NCBI RefSeq assembly: GCF_000150275.1
Contig: NW_002060943.1
Coordinates: forward strand, 8,192,066 to 8,256,065
DNA: 64,000 nucleotides
Direction: 5' to 3'
From: Trichoplax adhaerens
Lineage: Eukaryota > Animalia > Placozoa
The first letter of the stretch is position 1; each line of letters begins with the position of its first letter. The notes under the pieces are model-generated. The model saw nothing but the letters and a program-made list of their open reading frames with translations, did not search any database and had not been told where the DNA came from. Positions 39,901-54,439 of this stretch are shown here, in pieces. Position numbers and translations under genes: made by a program.

Positions 39901-42900
39901 GTTGAACTAGATATTAAGAGTACTGAGTATAAGGCTGAGGATGATACAAAAGTAGATGAAGGTAGTAATGAATCGTATTTTTTTATCGATTTTATTAATA
40001 TTATACTGATATTGTAATAATATACTAGCTAATGTCGATAACCTTGGATCGACCCAAGAAAGCTCTGATGATGAAGTAGATGGCTTTCTATTTCATACCT
40101 TAAGGTAATAAAAATCTTATTAGAATTTTAATTAAAATACAGTATATACCCCAATAGTATTGGTTAGAGCATGATCATGTATTATATAGGAAGAAATACC
40201 CGCAAAAGTTGAAAGAGTTAGGGCAATTTAAGAAACATCTACTTGATGATCGAAATGAAGTAGCCCCTTTAAAAGTCTGGCAATTACAGAGTAAGTCTGT
40301 AAAAAGATATTGAAATGTACTAGTACATGTTATCCCTTGCTTAAAGCCGCTCATTGCCATAAAATAAGATTATGAAATCTTGAGCACTATGATAAGTTTT
40401 AAGTGAAGGAAAGTGAATCTATTTTGTACGATAATACTAGATCTAGGTTTTCAAGCTGCTCAACGTGTTTTGTCAGCTGGTAATGATGCTCTAACAACCC
40501 TTCGTGACATAAGTCAAAACTTGCCAACATTTGCAAGGTTCTTAAATATTAGCAGTACTTTAGTACAAGAGCTTTTTCGATAAGTACATGATACTGTTAT
40601 TATAACTGGCACCTATATTTGCTTATATCATCAGACCGACTATCAAATTTCAAGTACGTAACGAAGTTCGGAAAGAAATTAAGGCAAATCAAAAAGTACG
40701 TTGATAGCCTTAAACGTAAATCTTCAATATTATCCTACTTGTTGTTTTTAGCTATTGCTTTCACAGGTAGCTGCTTAATTTATACCTCTACGTTCATTAT
40801 AGATATTTTCTGCAGAACTCGGTCTAGACGCTGGCCAATCTGCAATGTATTTTAATGGTGTACCTTTTGCTTTGGGAGAAATGACCATATATGAGTACGT
40901 AATGGAAGTTCTATGTCTTAGTAGATTCTTTAAATCGTTTAAGAATATAGCGAGCTATTGTTTCTTTACAGTCTCTTAGAAATTATAGAAGAAGACTCCA
41001 ATGTTGTCAGCAATTTACAAAAATTAGGAATCGCGGTACGCAAACTCTTGCTCTATTTTGCAAATCTTGGCATTCAATTCAAGCTATCAGTGGCTAATTA
41101 AAAATTTTAATTACAAACTTTTTCAATTTTTGAGTCTTTTAAGTAAATAAGGTATCGTGTCGTAAATGATTTTTATTTTGCGTATCATCCATAGAAAGAA
41201 GATCAACAGCACTTTATTAAGTTAGCTGCTAAATCGACCTTTAGTTCCCGCGTTATTGATATGAGAGATAATTCAGTTATTGTGAGTTCTGTAAACTGAC
41301 GTTACATTAAAATTTTAAGGTTCGGTAATAAATACACAATATAAATATTTAAAATACTGTGATATTATTAGTACATTAATAATATCGAAACGGATCAAGA
41401 TTACTTTCGTTGGCCTTCAAGCGTTCAAGAACTACTACGACCCGCTTTTCCCGGTATGCTGCGATATGTCCGAAAGAATTTATACCATGTCGTAAGTACT
41501 AGTATTTACGTGTTGGCAATGTAATACTAAAAATCATTAGAAGCAAATCAAGAGGCTGTCATTTTTATAAATTCAATGACAACTGTATTATGTGTCTGAT
41601 TTTTTGATAAAGGTCTTTTGTATCGATCCAGTTGAGTCACAAAGCGTTGAAGTCATACAAATGCTGGATTTATTCCATCGTAATTACGTACCAATGCGGT
41701 AAGTAATGCGTTTCATGAATATATTACGTAGAAAAATTATTGAAGAGTTATATTTCCGTCAGTACATGTTTTGTGAATGTTTTTTTATTAGACTGGGTAT
41801 TCTATTTGTGTCAGCTAATAAAAATAAAAACGTAGACGGCACTGTCGATGCTTCAGTAGGAATTGTTCGAGCGTTTTCTTATATTCAGGAATCTAAGGGT
41901 GCTCAGGCAGCCCTAAGATGGCTCACACAGGTATATTTAAGATACATTTTACTCTAAAATTATTATTTACTTCTTTTCGACTGGTGAGATTGTTTCTTTA
42001 AGCAAATTACGATTTGATTGATAGCTGTATGGAAATAGCATTCCGTCAGCTAAGCAAGTTGTCGAGAAATTTAAAAGTTGGTTTGGTGGCACTTTAGTAA
42101 ATAAAGTCTTAAAAAATGGTGGAACGTATGACAATTTAAGATTGGTAAGTGCATCAATGTATGCTGTTGTTTTCGCGTTAAAAATAAACCTTCTTTATCG
42201 GTCATGATTTTAGATAGTTATGTCTACTATTAAATGGATAGCCAGTTAGCAAAGATATTACTGAAATAAAACTAATGAAACAAGGTTTATTTAGTTTATT
42301 AAAGCGGAAGTTACTAAAAGTTAAAAATATTTTTCAGTACCTTGATGTGTAGTATTGTAAGTTGAAATGGTATATTTGTGCTTCTTTTATGTAGGAGAGC
42401 AGTTCTTTTTTTGATAGTATTGGAATACGAAAACTACCACAAGTAATCGTGAACGGTGTACAATTAACAGATGTATGTGATAAACTATAACGTTTTATCT
42501 TTGGATTTATAATCTGCATTAAATTAGCTCATTAGTTTTCATATTTATTAGTTTCCTATCTTACGCTCTGTACTAATTCTAAAATTGAACCTGACTTATA
42601 GCTACATGACATAGAAGGGGGTATCGTTGGAGAGTATCATAATCAGATGCCAAAATTACAGGAATATGTTCAAGCGGTAAATGAACTATAGTATTTCTGA
42701 TATTTATACGACAAATGGTCGATGGATAGTCGACTACTTTCTGACATTTGAAATGAAATAAAGTGATAGTTAATATAACGTAGTGTCTGCAGTCATATAT
42801 AGCCACTCTTTATGCAATCTTTGTAACGGTTAAATAATTTCTTGTTTAATTTATCCAATCTGTAGGGAAAAATCTCAGATTCTACAAATATTTATGATTA

Positions 42901-45900
42901 CCTTATGTCACAACCACATGTTATACCAAGATATAGTTATCAAGTTTTCAGAGACAATTTACATTATATAAAGGGATTGAGCCGTTACACAGAAGGTATG
43001 CTAAAAATATCAAAACGGGAGATTAGCTATATAACAACGCAATAGCCTCTCTAATGGGTGAATTATAATTAGAATCAAAAGCAGATGAAGTTGAAGGCAC
43101 CTCAGCAGCTGCCTCCGTTATCAAATCAGTAAATTATGTGATTTCTTCAAAAGGTATGGTAATATTTTAGAATTTTATCATTAGCCCGATGTATATTTTA
43201 AAAGATTTATTGCTCTATATTTATCTATTTTAATTTGAGTAACGAATCTTAATTTTATTTGAATCTATATGAAGATTCTTTAAAGGTTCGGCCATTAACT
43301 TTTTGGGTTGTAGTGGATTTATTTACCTCATCCGGCAAGCAGCTACTGCTGCAGGCTTTACAGTATCTGGTAAGGCTATAGATCTGTTTCGAATAAAAGT
43401 AAACTATATTTCTGATATTATATACAAATTTTGGAGATATCACTTCTGCATTGCTATTTAGCCATGTCTTTCCTTCGTAATATTTGATCGATTTAGTATT
43501 TTTATAGAAAATGTACCTAAGTTGCCTCTTATTTCTACATAGTCATCTTCCGAAAAAGCAAGAGTTGGCGTAATTCACAACACTAAGAGCTCTTCCGTTT
43601 TGGATGGAAAAAGGCATTCTTTAATTGAATTATACGAGGCCTTAGTACAAGTTGACAACTTCGCTGAGATTTCTTCAGTTAAATCGTTGTTGTCGCACTT
43701 CGTAGAGAAACAGATTGACTCTATATCGAGCTTAGATGAAATTCGAAATGTTCGTAAATTTTTTTAATTGGAAAGATTATTAATTTACAGTTAATAAAAT
43801 TTTTTTTGACTTGGTTAAATCAGGTAAATGTAAATGACTTAAAGTCAGCCTTAAGTGAAGAAGCATTTCAGAAGTCCGTTTATAGGAAAGTACAGAAAGG
43901 TTTGGAGTTTTGTCAATCTTTTATTAACCTCGAGGCTGGGCAAAATGCGATTATTGCTAATGGAAAGGTGCAATATTTAATGTCTATTAACATATCTTTT
44001 TAATCTATGCAGTACAGTTGTAACAATACCGATGCTTTAGGCGGACCACTGATAAGAAATTAATAGCTACTGGTACTTTCTTTGCCGTTCTTACTATCTA
44101 TAATCGTTTACGTTAGGTTTATGGTCCTGTCAGTGATGACGATCCGTTCGTTGCGAGTGACTTTAGACTAGTTGAAACATTGGATTGGAGACATCACCTG
44201 AAGAAAATTTCCAAACTACTAACGAAATATCAGCCTGGTGATACCTTGGATTCCATAAGGTGAGTTTTGCAATAAATGTAATGCACATCGGGATCGAAGC
44301 CTTCATACTTTAAAGTTTTCAAAATTTAAATAGTATTATTAGAATTGATATATACAAAAGTGAACTACTGAGTTAATCAAAGTCATTTTATATTTAGGAT
44401 GGTTTCTGACATGAATATGGCTATTTCTGGTCTTATTTCTGATAATTCGAACTATGTTCGAACTCAGATGCCTTCTCTTAAACATGCTCACAGGTTAGGG
44501 TTATTCTCCAAATTAAATAAGAACCCGCATCAAAGGATTTACATAACGAAATACATAAAAACGGTTCTGATTAATATACAATTGTCATTATCTTTTAGCG
44601 CGGTTACGTTTAGCAACTCTGGGTCTGAGCTAGGTCATGAGATTGTCGCGATTATAAATCCGCTATCGAAAGGTATCGTAAAAAGAGAATACAACTGAAT
44701 AAAAAACCTTGAATATTTATCTTTTTTAATTTGTCAATAAATGACGGAAATTTTATTACATATAGATGCTCAAGTTATGACTCCAATAATAATGGTAAAA
44801 TCTTGTTGATAATACGTATAATGCCGTATATCATCTGTGGGGTTTACATAACCGGATTTGCCATTAAGTATATTTACGTCAACATTTTTTGTTGGTATTT
44901 ATTATAGAATTTACTAAAAGCAACTAAAGTGGATATTACTGTGTTAATGAATCCAGCATCTATGCTATCAGAAATGCCCTTAAATAGGTAAATGTTGCGC
45001 AGCAAGATTGCTCTTTTGATTTTATGATGTTACCGTGTTTGTGATGAATTATGAAGCTGATCATTATTATTTTTTACTAGTTTTTTCCGCTACGTATTAG
45101 AGCCAGAACTCAAATTTAGTAAAGAAGGAAGGTATGAAGTCAGAAATATTTTATAGTTACTTTTACTTTCAATACTGTAAATAAAATTATTTTTTTCACT
45201 GTTTAAAGATTGATAAGCAAACCGGTAGCTCAATTTACGAAAATTCCGGAATCCTTACTACTTACCTTAAATATGAAGACACCTGAATCATGGATGGTCG
45301 AATCAATGATTTCCGTATATGATTTAGATAATATTCGCCTAGATCAGGTGAGCGAAGTTGCAATATGGTAACATTCATGAAATGATAAGTTTATCAAAAA
45401 GTAAAATTTACTATGCAATTTATCACCATAATTCTATTATACTTTATGACTGATGAAAGCAAAATTTTATTTAAGCCTGAAGAAATATTATGGTTACAAA
45501 TGTTGCTTGATTATGTGTTTACAGCTCAACCAGGGTGTTAAAGCATTGTATGCTCTAGAGTATATACTACTTGAAGGCCATTGCTTTGATAGCGTTACCA
45601 GTGAACCACCCCGTGGACTTCAATTTGTCATGGGCACGGATACCGATCCAGCTATGGTGGATACCATCGTCATGGCAAATTTGGTAATATTCTAGTCATT
45701 TTTAGGAAATTAATGCTGCGTCATCTTCAGATGATATTAACAGAATTATTATTAAGATTACTTTTTGTTATTTCCTGTGACTTTACCTGTATATTTGATA
45801 GGGATACTTCCAAATGAAAGCAAATCCAGGGCTTTGGAAGTTACAGCTAAGACCTGGAAGATCTGAAAATTTATATAAAATTGACAGGTTAGAACCACTG

Positions 45901-48434
45901 ATATTAATGTAATATAATTTTATTAGTAATAATCAGGGACTTCTAGAATTCTCTCCTAGAAGTCTCTTAGAAGTCCCTGGTAATAATATACGACGTGAAC
46001 AATAGCTAAAAATTATACACTATTTACTAATTTACGTAAGTCATGATGGAGAAATCGGCAAGTCTACTGATTCTATCGCAATTTCTATCGAAAACTTTAA
46101 AGGCAAAATTATACAAGTCAAGGTAATTACTCCTATTATTCATCAGTTAGATAATCTAAAATGTGGAATAAAGAATTGACTCTTTATAAATACTTTTATG
46201 GAGTGATAATACTAATCGGTATGTATAGGTAGGAAAAAAGCCTGGAAAAGAACGCGAGAGTTTGCTGTCGGATGTACCTGCAGGAAGGGAACAGCCTGGA
46301 ATTTGGGATTCGATATCGAAGTGAGTAGTTACTTGTTTATTATGGCAAATTAGTACTTTGTAATAATATGTAGAATTAAAATCATTATTATCTCTACAAT
46401 CAAGCTTTGTTGGTAGTGGTACTTCTCAAGAGGGTATTGAGACGGAATTTAACGAAACCATCAACATATTTACGGTTGCTTCAGGCCATTTATACGAACG
46501 ATTTCTTAGGTGATTATCATAGTTTATTAGATGGCTTTGAATTTGTTAGGTAAAATTATAAATATCATTATTTGGTACGGCTTAATAATTATTACGCTAT
46601 ACTATAACGGCTTAGCGCGAAAATAATATTTCATGGTCATTCACAGGATAATGATGCTTAGCGTCTTGAAGCATACCAAGAATCCCGTTAAATTTTGGTT
46701 TCTTAAGAACTTTCTTTCTCCCAATTTTAAGGTTAGTTTAAAAATTTATCCTTAGTATTGTAGCTTATGAAGTATTCGTTTATTTTCTTAATTTCTCAAC
46801 TTATTCCATCATTCCTCGTGCTTTATTATCTTGCAAAGGATTCAATCCCTGTTATGGCAAAGAACTATAATTTTGGCTATGAATATGTTCAATACAAGTG
46901 GCCCAGATGGCTTCGTCAGCAGACGGAAAAACAACGTGTGATTTGGGGGTAGGTTGTTATCGTTAACTGGGATGAAATTCTTTGTGAAGATTTTTAACCT
47001 GTAGAAATTATACCTGATTTTAGATACAAAATTCTTTTCTTGGATGTACTCTTCCCTCTTGGTATAAAGAAAATTATCTTTGTTGATGCAGATCAGGTAG
47101 TTAATAACTTTTAGTATGTATGTAGCAATCTAAGAATAGTAAGCTAGACACTACCAAAAGATATCGAAAGAATTTTAGTCTGTCAATATGATGAGTAGTG
47201 ATATTGCTATTTTTGAGTGGCTGTAATTAACATAATCTACTGTGTTAGCAACATTGTAAAAATCTATGCCTATCGACATTCTATTTGTTATAGATCGTTC
47301 GAACAGACTTGAAAGAGTTAATGGATTTAGATTTAGAAGGCGCTCCATATGCTTATACTCCCTTTTGTGATAGTCGCAAAGAAATGGATGGATTCAGGTA
47401 ATTAATGGATCTACCCTTTGTGGTTTAATTGCTGTAGATTCTAGTTCTTGTATATGAAATTTCTAATTGCTTAATTGGTAATAAAGGTTTTGGAATTCTG
47501 GATACTGGCGTCAACATTTAGCTGGTCGAAGATATCACATTAGGCACGTAGTGTGAAATTTGCCTTACAACCGTTTAGCTTTATGTTAAGCACCTATAGA
47601 TATTTTTCGCAAGCTATAAAATAATGGAATGCTAAAAATTGATATTATAATTGACATTCGTGAATAGTGCTTTATATGTTGTGGACTTGAAACGTTTCCG
47701 ATTACTTGCTGCCGGTGACAGACTCCGCGGCCAATATCAGGTAGAGTTTATCTTCTTATAGCCTAAGAAAATGATGATTATGAAACTAAATCGGTTTTTC
47801 TATTACCGTGGATAGGGTTTGAGTGCTGATCCTAACAGCTTAGCAAACTTAGATCAGGTACGCGCTCAGATATGGTATTTACTGTGATTGCTTTTCGATT
47901 TTAATACTATAAAATGCGAAAGATATAATTTCAATATTGATGAATTTATTGTTGTTGTTGGTATGCTATTAGGACTTACCAAATAATATGATTCACCAAG
48001 TACCCATTAAGTCTTTACCGCAAGACTGGCTATGGTGCGAGACGTGGTGTTCCGATGGATCGAAAGCTACTGCCAAGACTATTGATATGGTAATGACATT
48101 ATTCAGTTATATACGAGTATATACAGTACATTAAATCGATTATGGATAGAAAATTTAAGTATATTATCGATTGTAGTGTAATAATCCGCTGACGAAAGAG
48201 CCGAAGTTAGATCGAGCTATTCGTATTGCCGAAGAATGGAAAGATTACGATAAGGAGATAAAATCGGTTTTAGAAGAGTACAAAAACGCGGAAAGCAAAA
48301 GCTCGAGTGCTGGTGATGACCATAAAAGTAGTGATAAAAATCCGATATAGCCAGACTCTTATTATTAAGACGTAGTGTCTAACTATTATCATTTCTAATC
48401 ATTTCTTTTAGGTAAAAGGAAAGATGAACTATAA
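36936..48434 (+). CDS. UGGT: UDP-glucose:glycoprotein glucosyltransferase
   Basis: ATG|intron|signal peptide..[14 protein letters not shown]; [11 protein letters not shown]; [17 protein letters not shown]; [36 protein letters not shown]; GT24 motifs [54 protein letters not shown]; C-terminal KRKDEL. Confidence 0.97.
45934..45979. mobile_element. 46-bp hAT-like MITE/footprint in a UGGT intron
   Basis: TIRs CAGGGACTTCTA / TAGAAGTCCCTG flanked by a perfect 8-bp direct repeat GTAATAAT (45926-45933 and 45980-45987). Confidence 0.75.
47544..47667 (+). other. GC-AG intron in UGGT
   Basis: AG|GCACGT donor gives the conserved [12 protein letters not shown]; the nearby GT at +4 breaks the frame. Confidence 0.8.
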
Positions 48435-50515
48435 TCGCAGAATCTACCTCCTGCATTCTTAAGAAAGATTTTTAATGTAGATTTCGTATTATAATCATTG
48501 AATGACTATACATATATTGTGGCATCATCAGTCCCATGTCGGTTATTACTTAGTATCTAGTATTGACTATCATTAATATTAATATAACTTGCGATATAAG
48601 GAATGCTTACAGACACAGTGAAAGTTTTGTTTCATACTGATATGAAGTAACTTATTATCAATGTGTCCATGACATATTTGTATTGTCAATTTTTATGTAA
48701 TAATCCTATTGGAGATTGTCTATTCCCTTAGATTAATTTGTTATCGGATGACTGAGCTTGAATACATCCAGTTACTGAAAGGCTTTTCTTTAAAAAGTAA
48801 AGCTTGGTTTCATGGGATTTGTCAACATTTTTGGTGATTGAATGTTACAACGACTATACAATAAATAATTCTTATTTAGGGTCAAATAAAATTTTTGTTA
48901 TCCAGGGATTCATATTGGGATACAACGCAATGCACTCTTATGAAATAGATTTAAGATAGCCTATGACTGTATTAGCAATGTTCATATTACTATTCTACAA
49001 TAATTAGCAAATCCCTAAATCGATAATAAGATCTTTTTACCATTAAATTTTGCTAATATTATATGAAATTTGCTAGGATTGCAATTTTCTGTTATCTCGA
49101 TTCTAGGTCAATACAATCTCCTAAAGCAAACACTGAACTTTACTCGTCGTGACTGTAGTATTACTCTAAGCAAATTCATGTTCTTAAAAAAGCAGGAGTT
49201 TTAACTATTATATAATCCGGATATTTATGATGAAGTAGTTGCACCGTATTTTCTTGATACGTACTTTTAAGTACAATACTTACTGAGACGTGCTTTTCCT
49301 AGAATGAAGGTAGAAGTAATTGTTACACAAAGTGAAGCTTTAGGCAGATATATACGTATCTGTTCTACTGAGTAATTAAGCTATTCTATTAGCTGTAAAT
49401 TTATACTTCATTATTCATATGGAAGGCTCTAAATACATTCACGTCAATTCAGGATTATTCTACAAATTATGCATTTATGATTTTAGGCGATTGAGTCATA
49501 AATATTGCTTAAATTGCACCATGATGATGAAAGCAAACTTAGAATACATACAGTATAATGTCTGACATCCACTGTGGCACTTATTTGGTATACGGTACGT
49601 TTATACCTTTATTTTAAATGTTGATGAATAATGAGATAATATAATAGTCGGATAAATTTCGGCACTTAACTAATCGCTTTTGGTTTAAATTACTTGCTAG
49701 TTTTGAAACTTAGCTTTTACCTAGATCTCATTATGCAACCAATACAAAAGTAGTTATATTTGCCATACTAGTAGAACAGTTTCTGCTGATATCTCCCATA
49801 TATAAACATTTCCATATCGGGATAATGAGTTTAAAGATTAGAGAAAAAACGTTCTTAAGTAGTTTGGAAACTTTCGATCATTTTCATAACACCTTATATG
49901 AAAATATTTGTTTTATTTAGTAATAACTGAACGATTTTTAGGATTATTTAAATAGTCGTCAAAGTAAGTGTATTGTCAGTATAATTCATTTATTGCAATC
50001 AAAGCTTCTGATCCAATCATTTTTTATATTGATGTTAGTATCATAATATGCTAAAAGCTATAGCTCCAATGATATCGAAAACAGAAATTATGATAACAGT
50101 AAGATTAAATTAATAAATTAGGTCTACAGAAGGTTTCAGTATAAGGCTTACTATGTGGATACGGGAAAGGACTAAATTGATTCGATGAGATGCTCATGGT
50201 CGAGTTACATTCATTAGCGAAACAAGAAAATAAAATTACATAATAAAATATTAAAAAAAAAATTTTTGCAAATTGTTTGCATGAACACCGGTAAAAGATT
50301 TCATATCGTCCATGCTATACTACAATAAAATAAGATGAAACTTCATTACGCGACGACAAAGATCTGATATACGTGTATGATAAGTTTGGTACATAAGCTT
50401 TCATTATTGCACAATGTGACCAGGGATCCTATGATACGTGCATACCGTACAGATCATTTTGTGAACTTAAATTAAATTAGATACTCTATAGCTATAGGAG
50501 TAAGAGTAATCAATA

Positions 50516-53500
50516 TTATATAAATTCATGGGGCAAAGCTGATCGTTTTTGATAAAATGTGTGATGCAGCTGATATGTTAAAAAGTTAGTTATAGAAGAA
50601 GTATATAAATCTGCATAGCGTGCTATTCTACCGCTAAAGTACGTTGCTTTCGATGAGGTCCGAAACATACTTCCGAATCGTGGATTAAATGACATCTTGA
50701 GTAATTTTCTATTGAAGAAAATTTAGTTAATAATGGTAATGTTGACAGTAGATAGAAAGGGGCAATCAAATTAACTTTTGTACTTTCAGCGTTACCTAAC
50801 TTCTTGATATTCTTCTTTCCATTCATGTAGCAGCTGCAAGGCTTCTGGGGATCTGATGCTCTGTTATATTAGAGTGGCAAAAAATGTCGTTAATTTTTAG
50901 ATACCGGTAGTAATTTGAATAAGATATAAGTTTCATACTTGAGCGCGATCAATGAGTTTTTCTAATGAAATGAGCCAATTTAATGCGCGTTGATAATGGT
51001 CCGAGCTTATTATTTCAATTTCTCTCTGTTAGTAGCATTGTATCACAACGTGAAATTTAGTAATTGAATGTAAGTGAAATACTTCTAACCTAATCAATAT
51101 TATCGTTATAATTAAGGACAATCAGATATTGCTAGTTACTTCTAACTCTGGAATTACTGCTCCAGTTTTCCATCCAAGTTTTAGAGCTAGATCCTATAAA
51201 TTGGAATTGGGGTAAAGATCAACAATTAAAAATTGATTTTAGTTACATACTAAGAATAGATTTTCAATGTAAAATTGAAACGTAAATAAAGCTGAGGGCA
51301 AAATATTTACCGCTAAGTCTCTATAAACTTGATCACCGAAGTATAGCACTTCTGATCCCTTAAAACCGGCTAAATTTAAAAATTCTCGAGCTGAACCCTG
51401 TCATCAGAATAAATTTTATATAAGAAATTTAATAGCATAACAATAATAAGCAACTCTGTTTACTTATAAATAATGCTTTTAAATTAGGAGGGATTAAAGA
51501 TTATAATTATAAATTTAATCATTACCCGTTGGTATACTTCTCCTTTTTTAAAACATTTTACTCTGTCCCATGAGGTAGTATAATCAGATGTCATTAAGTG
51601 TCTAAAATGACTGTAGACAGAAGGTAAAAGTAATAATAGAAGTTAAGCACAGAGTATTTACAGATAACAATATTATAAACTTCTTGTAAATCGATGCAGT
51701 ATTTGCTATGCAATACGTACTGGAAGGCATCAGTATAGAAGCTAGGTTTGCGTGCACTTGTTATAATGATATCAAACATAGATCTCCAGTCTGGACCAAT
51801 TAAATGTGTCATGCCTGCGTTCCTAATTTAAAGAAACAATAAGCCATAGTAAATGGTCCCGTATATTGTAATATCGTTATTAGGGCTAACAGTTTACGAT
51901 AATGACCTTTATTGGAGCTTGTATAGAATTTAGTATAGTAATATCATCGTAAAAGATATGGATTAAATATATCATGTTACCAGTTCTGGTAAAGAGTTAA
52001 CGTCACTGCTACTTACAAAAAATCAAATTGACTATTTGTAATGATGAATATTTTTTTCTTAGCGCTAGTGAGATATTCAAGTAGTTCCTTTAAATCTGGG
52101 TCCGGTTCCAAATAATCGCCTACAAATACGTTATTAGAGATAGACCAGCATTACTGCAGGTGTAGCTATATAGATTATTATGTAGTATAGACGACACTGA
52201 GGTACAAAATCGATAGCGTTGTAGCAAACTTCACAAATGATTTTATATCTCAGCTATATACGGTTATAATCAGTAAATTAGATAAAATTTTTGAATTACA
52301 GATAATTATTTCGGCCATTATAACATATAGATACCACGAGTCATACCATACTGTCAGAAGCCTAACATAATTGTTGGTTATTACTAAGATTAAAACGAAT
52401 TATGTAATTTACCTATTGCATTTTTGACAGTAGCATGCATTTTACCAGACAAATGAACCTTCTTAATTGCTGCCTAATGGCGTTATAATATTACAGCTTT
52501 AAAATTAGTGTCATTAACAACAAGACAAAAGGAACCTAAAGATACTAGGCAAACCTTAACGTCCATAAAAATGTACTTTGGATCATAAGACATAGATTTT
52601 TGCTTGAAATACTGCGAAATCGATTTATAAAGTTAAATTTGAAGGGAACTAAGTATGAGAGAAAGATGGAATTGAAGCTTTCATCTTAGTTAACTTACCT
52701 CAGCAATTTGAGTTAGAAGTGCCATTTCAGATAAAGAATCTACGTCTATTAATTGGCGCATATACTTACCCTAAAGTTGAGGAGATTTTAATATAATGTT
52801 ACGTTTAGTGCTGTAAAAAGAAGTTTTCAAGTCATCATATACTGTAGATTAAGGGTATTACATTATCATAAATTGAAGACAAGTACTGGACGGATAGGTG
52901 AGTGCCTCCATATGTTGCGAGAACCTCAGAATCATCTAGAGGAGTATAGCCTCTGCAAATATAAAATTATGTGAGCTAAACTTCTATTGCTTAAGATATC
53001 CATGATTATAGTTTTATTGGGTACTTGGAATTAATCATTGCTATTGATACACATGAATTGCGACTCATCACTTACCTATAAACGGTTCCGAGCTCAACAT
53101 GATGCTGAGAATCGATTTTCATTAATAAGCCCTGAAAATCCATGTGTATTTTATTTAGATATTAGTTATAAATCGATTGAAGTATCTTGACTGTTTAGAG
53201 CGAAAGATAGAGTACGCCATTTATTAACACTAGTAAGTATTTGAATATCAAATGCGACAAGCCTTTTTAGCATACCTTTTCAATATCATAATGGAGGCCT
53301 CTAACTCCAAAGCCGGGATCGTATGCAAATGATTTCATTTCTTTAGGGTACTATCAACAAATAGAATTACGCGTATAAGTGTTGAGGTAATGAAGAGCTA
53401 ACAATTTTAACACTTATGCAAATGAATGCTGCCATACATATTGCAGCTATACTCTATAATTAAGGATAACTACTATATGTTCGGTACGAATTGATATATT

Positions 53501-54116
53501 TTACTGATTTTGTCGATATTTATACTGCACTGTACAAAGAGAGCAGATAAGACAACATACTATAGTAACTATTAATGCTGGCGTTGTCTTGTCTGTAGTC
53601 AATGTAAAATAATTATTAAAACTCAATACTATTTTTTTACCTTATTATCTTCGATTAAATAATCTAATGCCATATCAAATATTAAATATTGCAGTTTTTT
53701 CTTGTAAGAAGCAATAGTGTAATCATAATCGAATCCATAGACTTTAATTTCATCTAAGTTGACTTCCTTATTTGCAAAGATTCTATTAGGGCTGATTTGG
53801 ATATCATAAGAGCGGTCTACCAAGAATAAAAAAATGAGCAATTAATTAATAGTACACAGTAAAATAAAAGTAAGGATATATTCGCTTTGGCACCGATTAA
53901 TGTATGTTACATCATTTCATAATATCAAAAAGACGATAATACGCATAAATAGAAGAAAAGGCGTATTTAGAAAGATTATTTTATTTTATTACAGTTAGTA
54001 TAACTTGATTGCGTAATAGCAGTTGAATGTGAGTAAAGTTTATGTAAGGATGTTCTAGTGATATTGGTGCTATTACTGTACAGTAGTATAGAGTATAGTA
54101 CAGGCTTCGAGAACAT
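50516..54116 (-). CDS. 5'-nucleotidase domain-containing protein (NT5DC2/NT5DC3-like, HAD superfamily)
   Basis: NRIFANKEVNLDEIKVYGFDYDYT (DxDxT), GLHYDIEK, FIITNSQFDF, DWRSMFDIII..RKPSFY, LYFGDQVYRDL, GWKTGAVIPELE, FNPRFGSMFRT, YADLYTSS, LPHE; putative first coding exon MFSKPVLYS.. at 54116. NT5DC2 versus NT5DC3 not resolved. Confidence 0.9.
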
Positions 54117-54439
54117 TTTTTCTTTTATTCCTGATTATATTCACTTGAATAAAAGCTCTAATTTTGACTAATTACTATATTATTACATGACAATATAGCG
54201 TTTAAGGTAATGTGTGTATTTCAAAGAAATAATGCAGTAGACTTGTAGAGTAATTATGTATTATAATACTGGAGGTGTAATTATAGTTTGATTAGTGTAT
54301 GTTCTCAGGATTACGTGTAAAGCATGATAGGGAAATTTAAAAAAAAAAGAAGCAATTTATACACAAAAAACGGCGGTGAAGAGTTTTGATGAATTTAATT
54401 TTTAATAGTTCATAATCTTATTCAGACTATTAGCACAGG

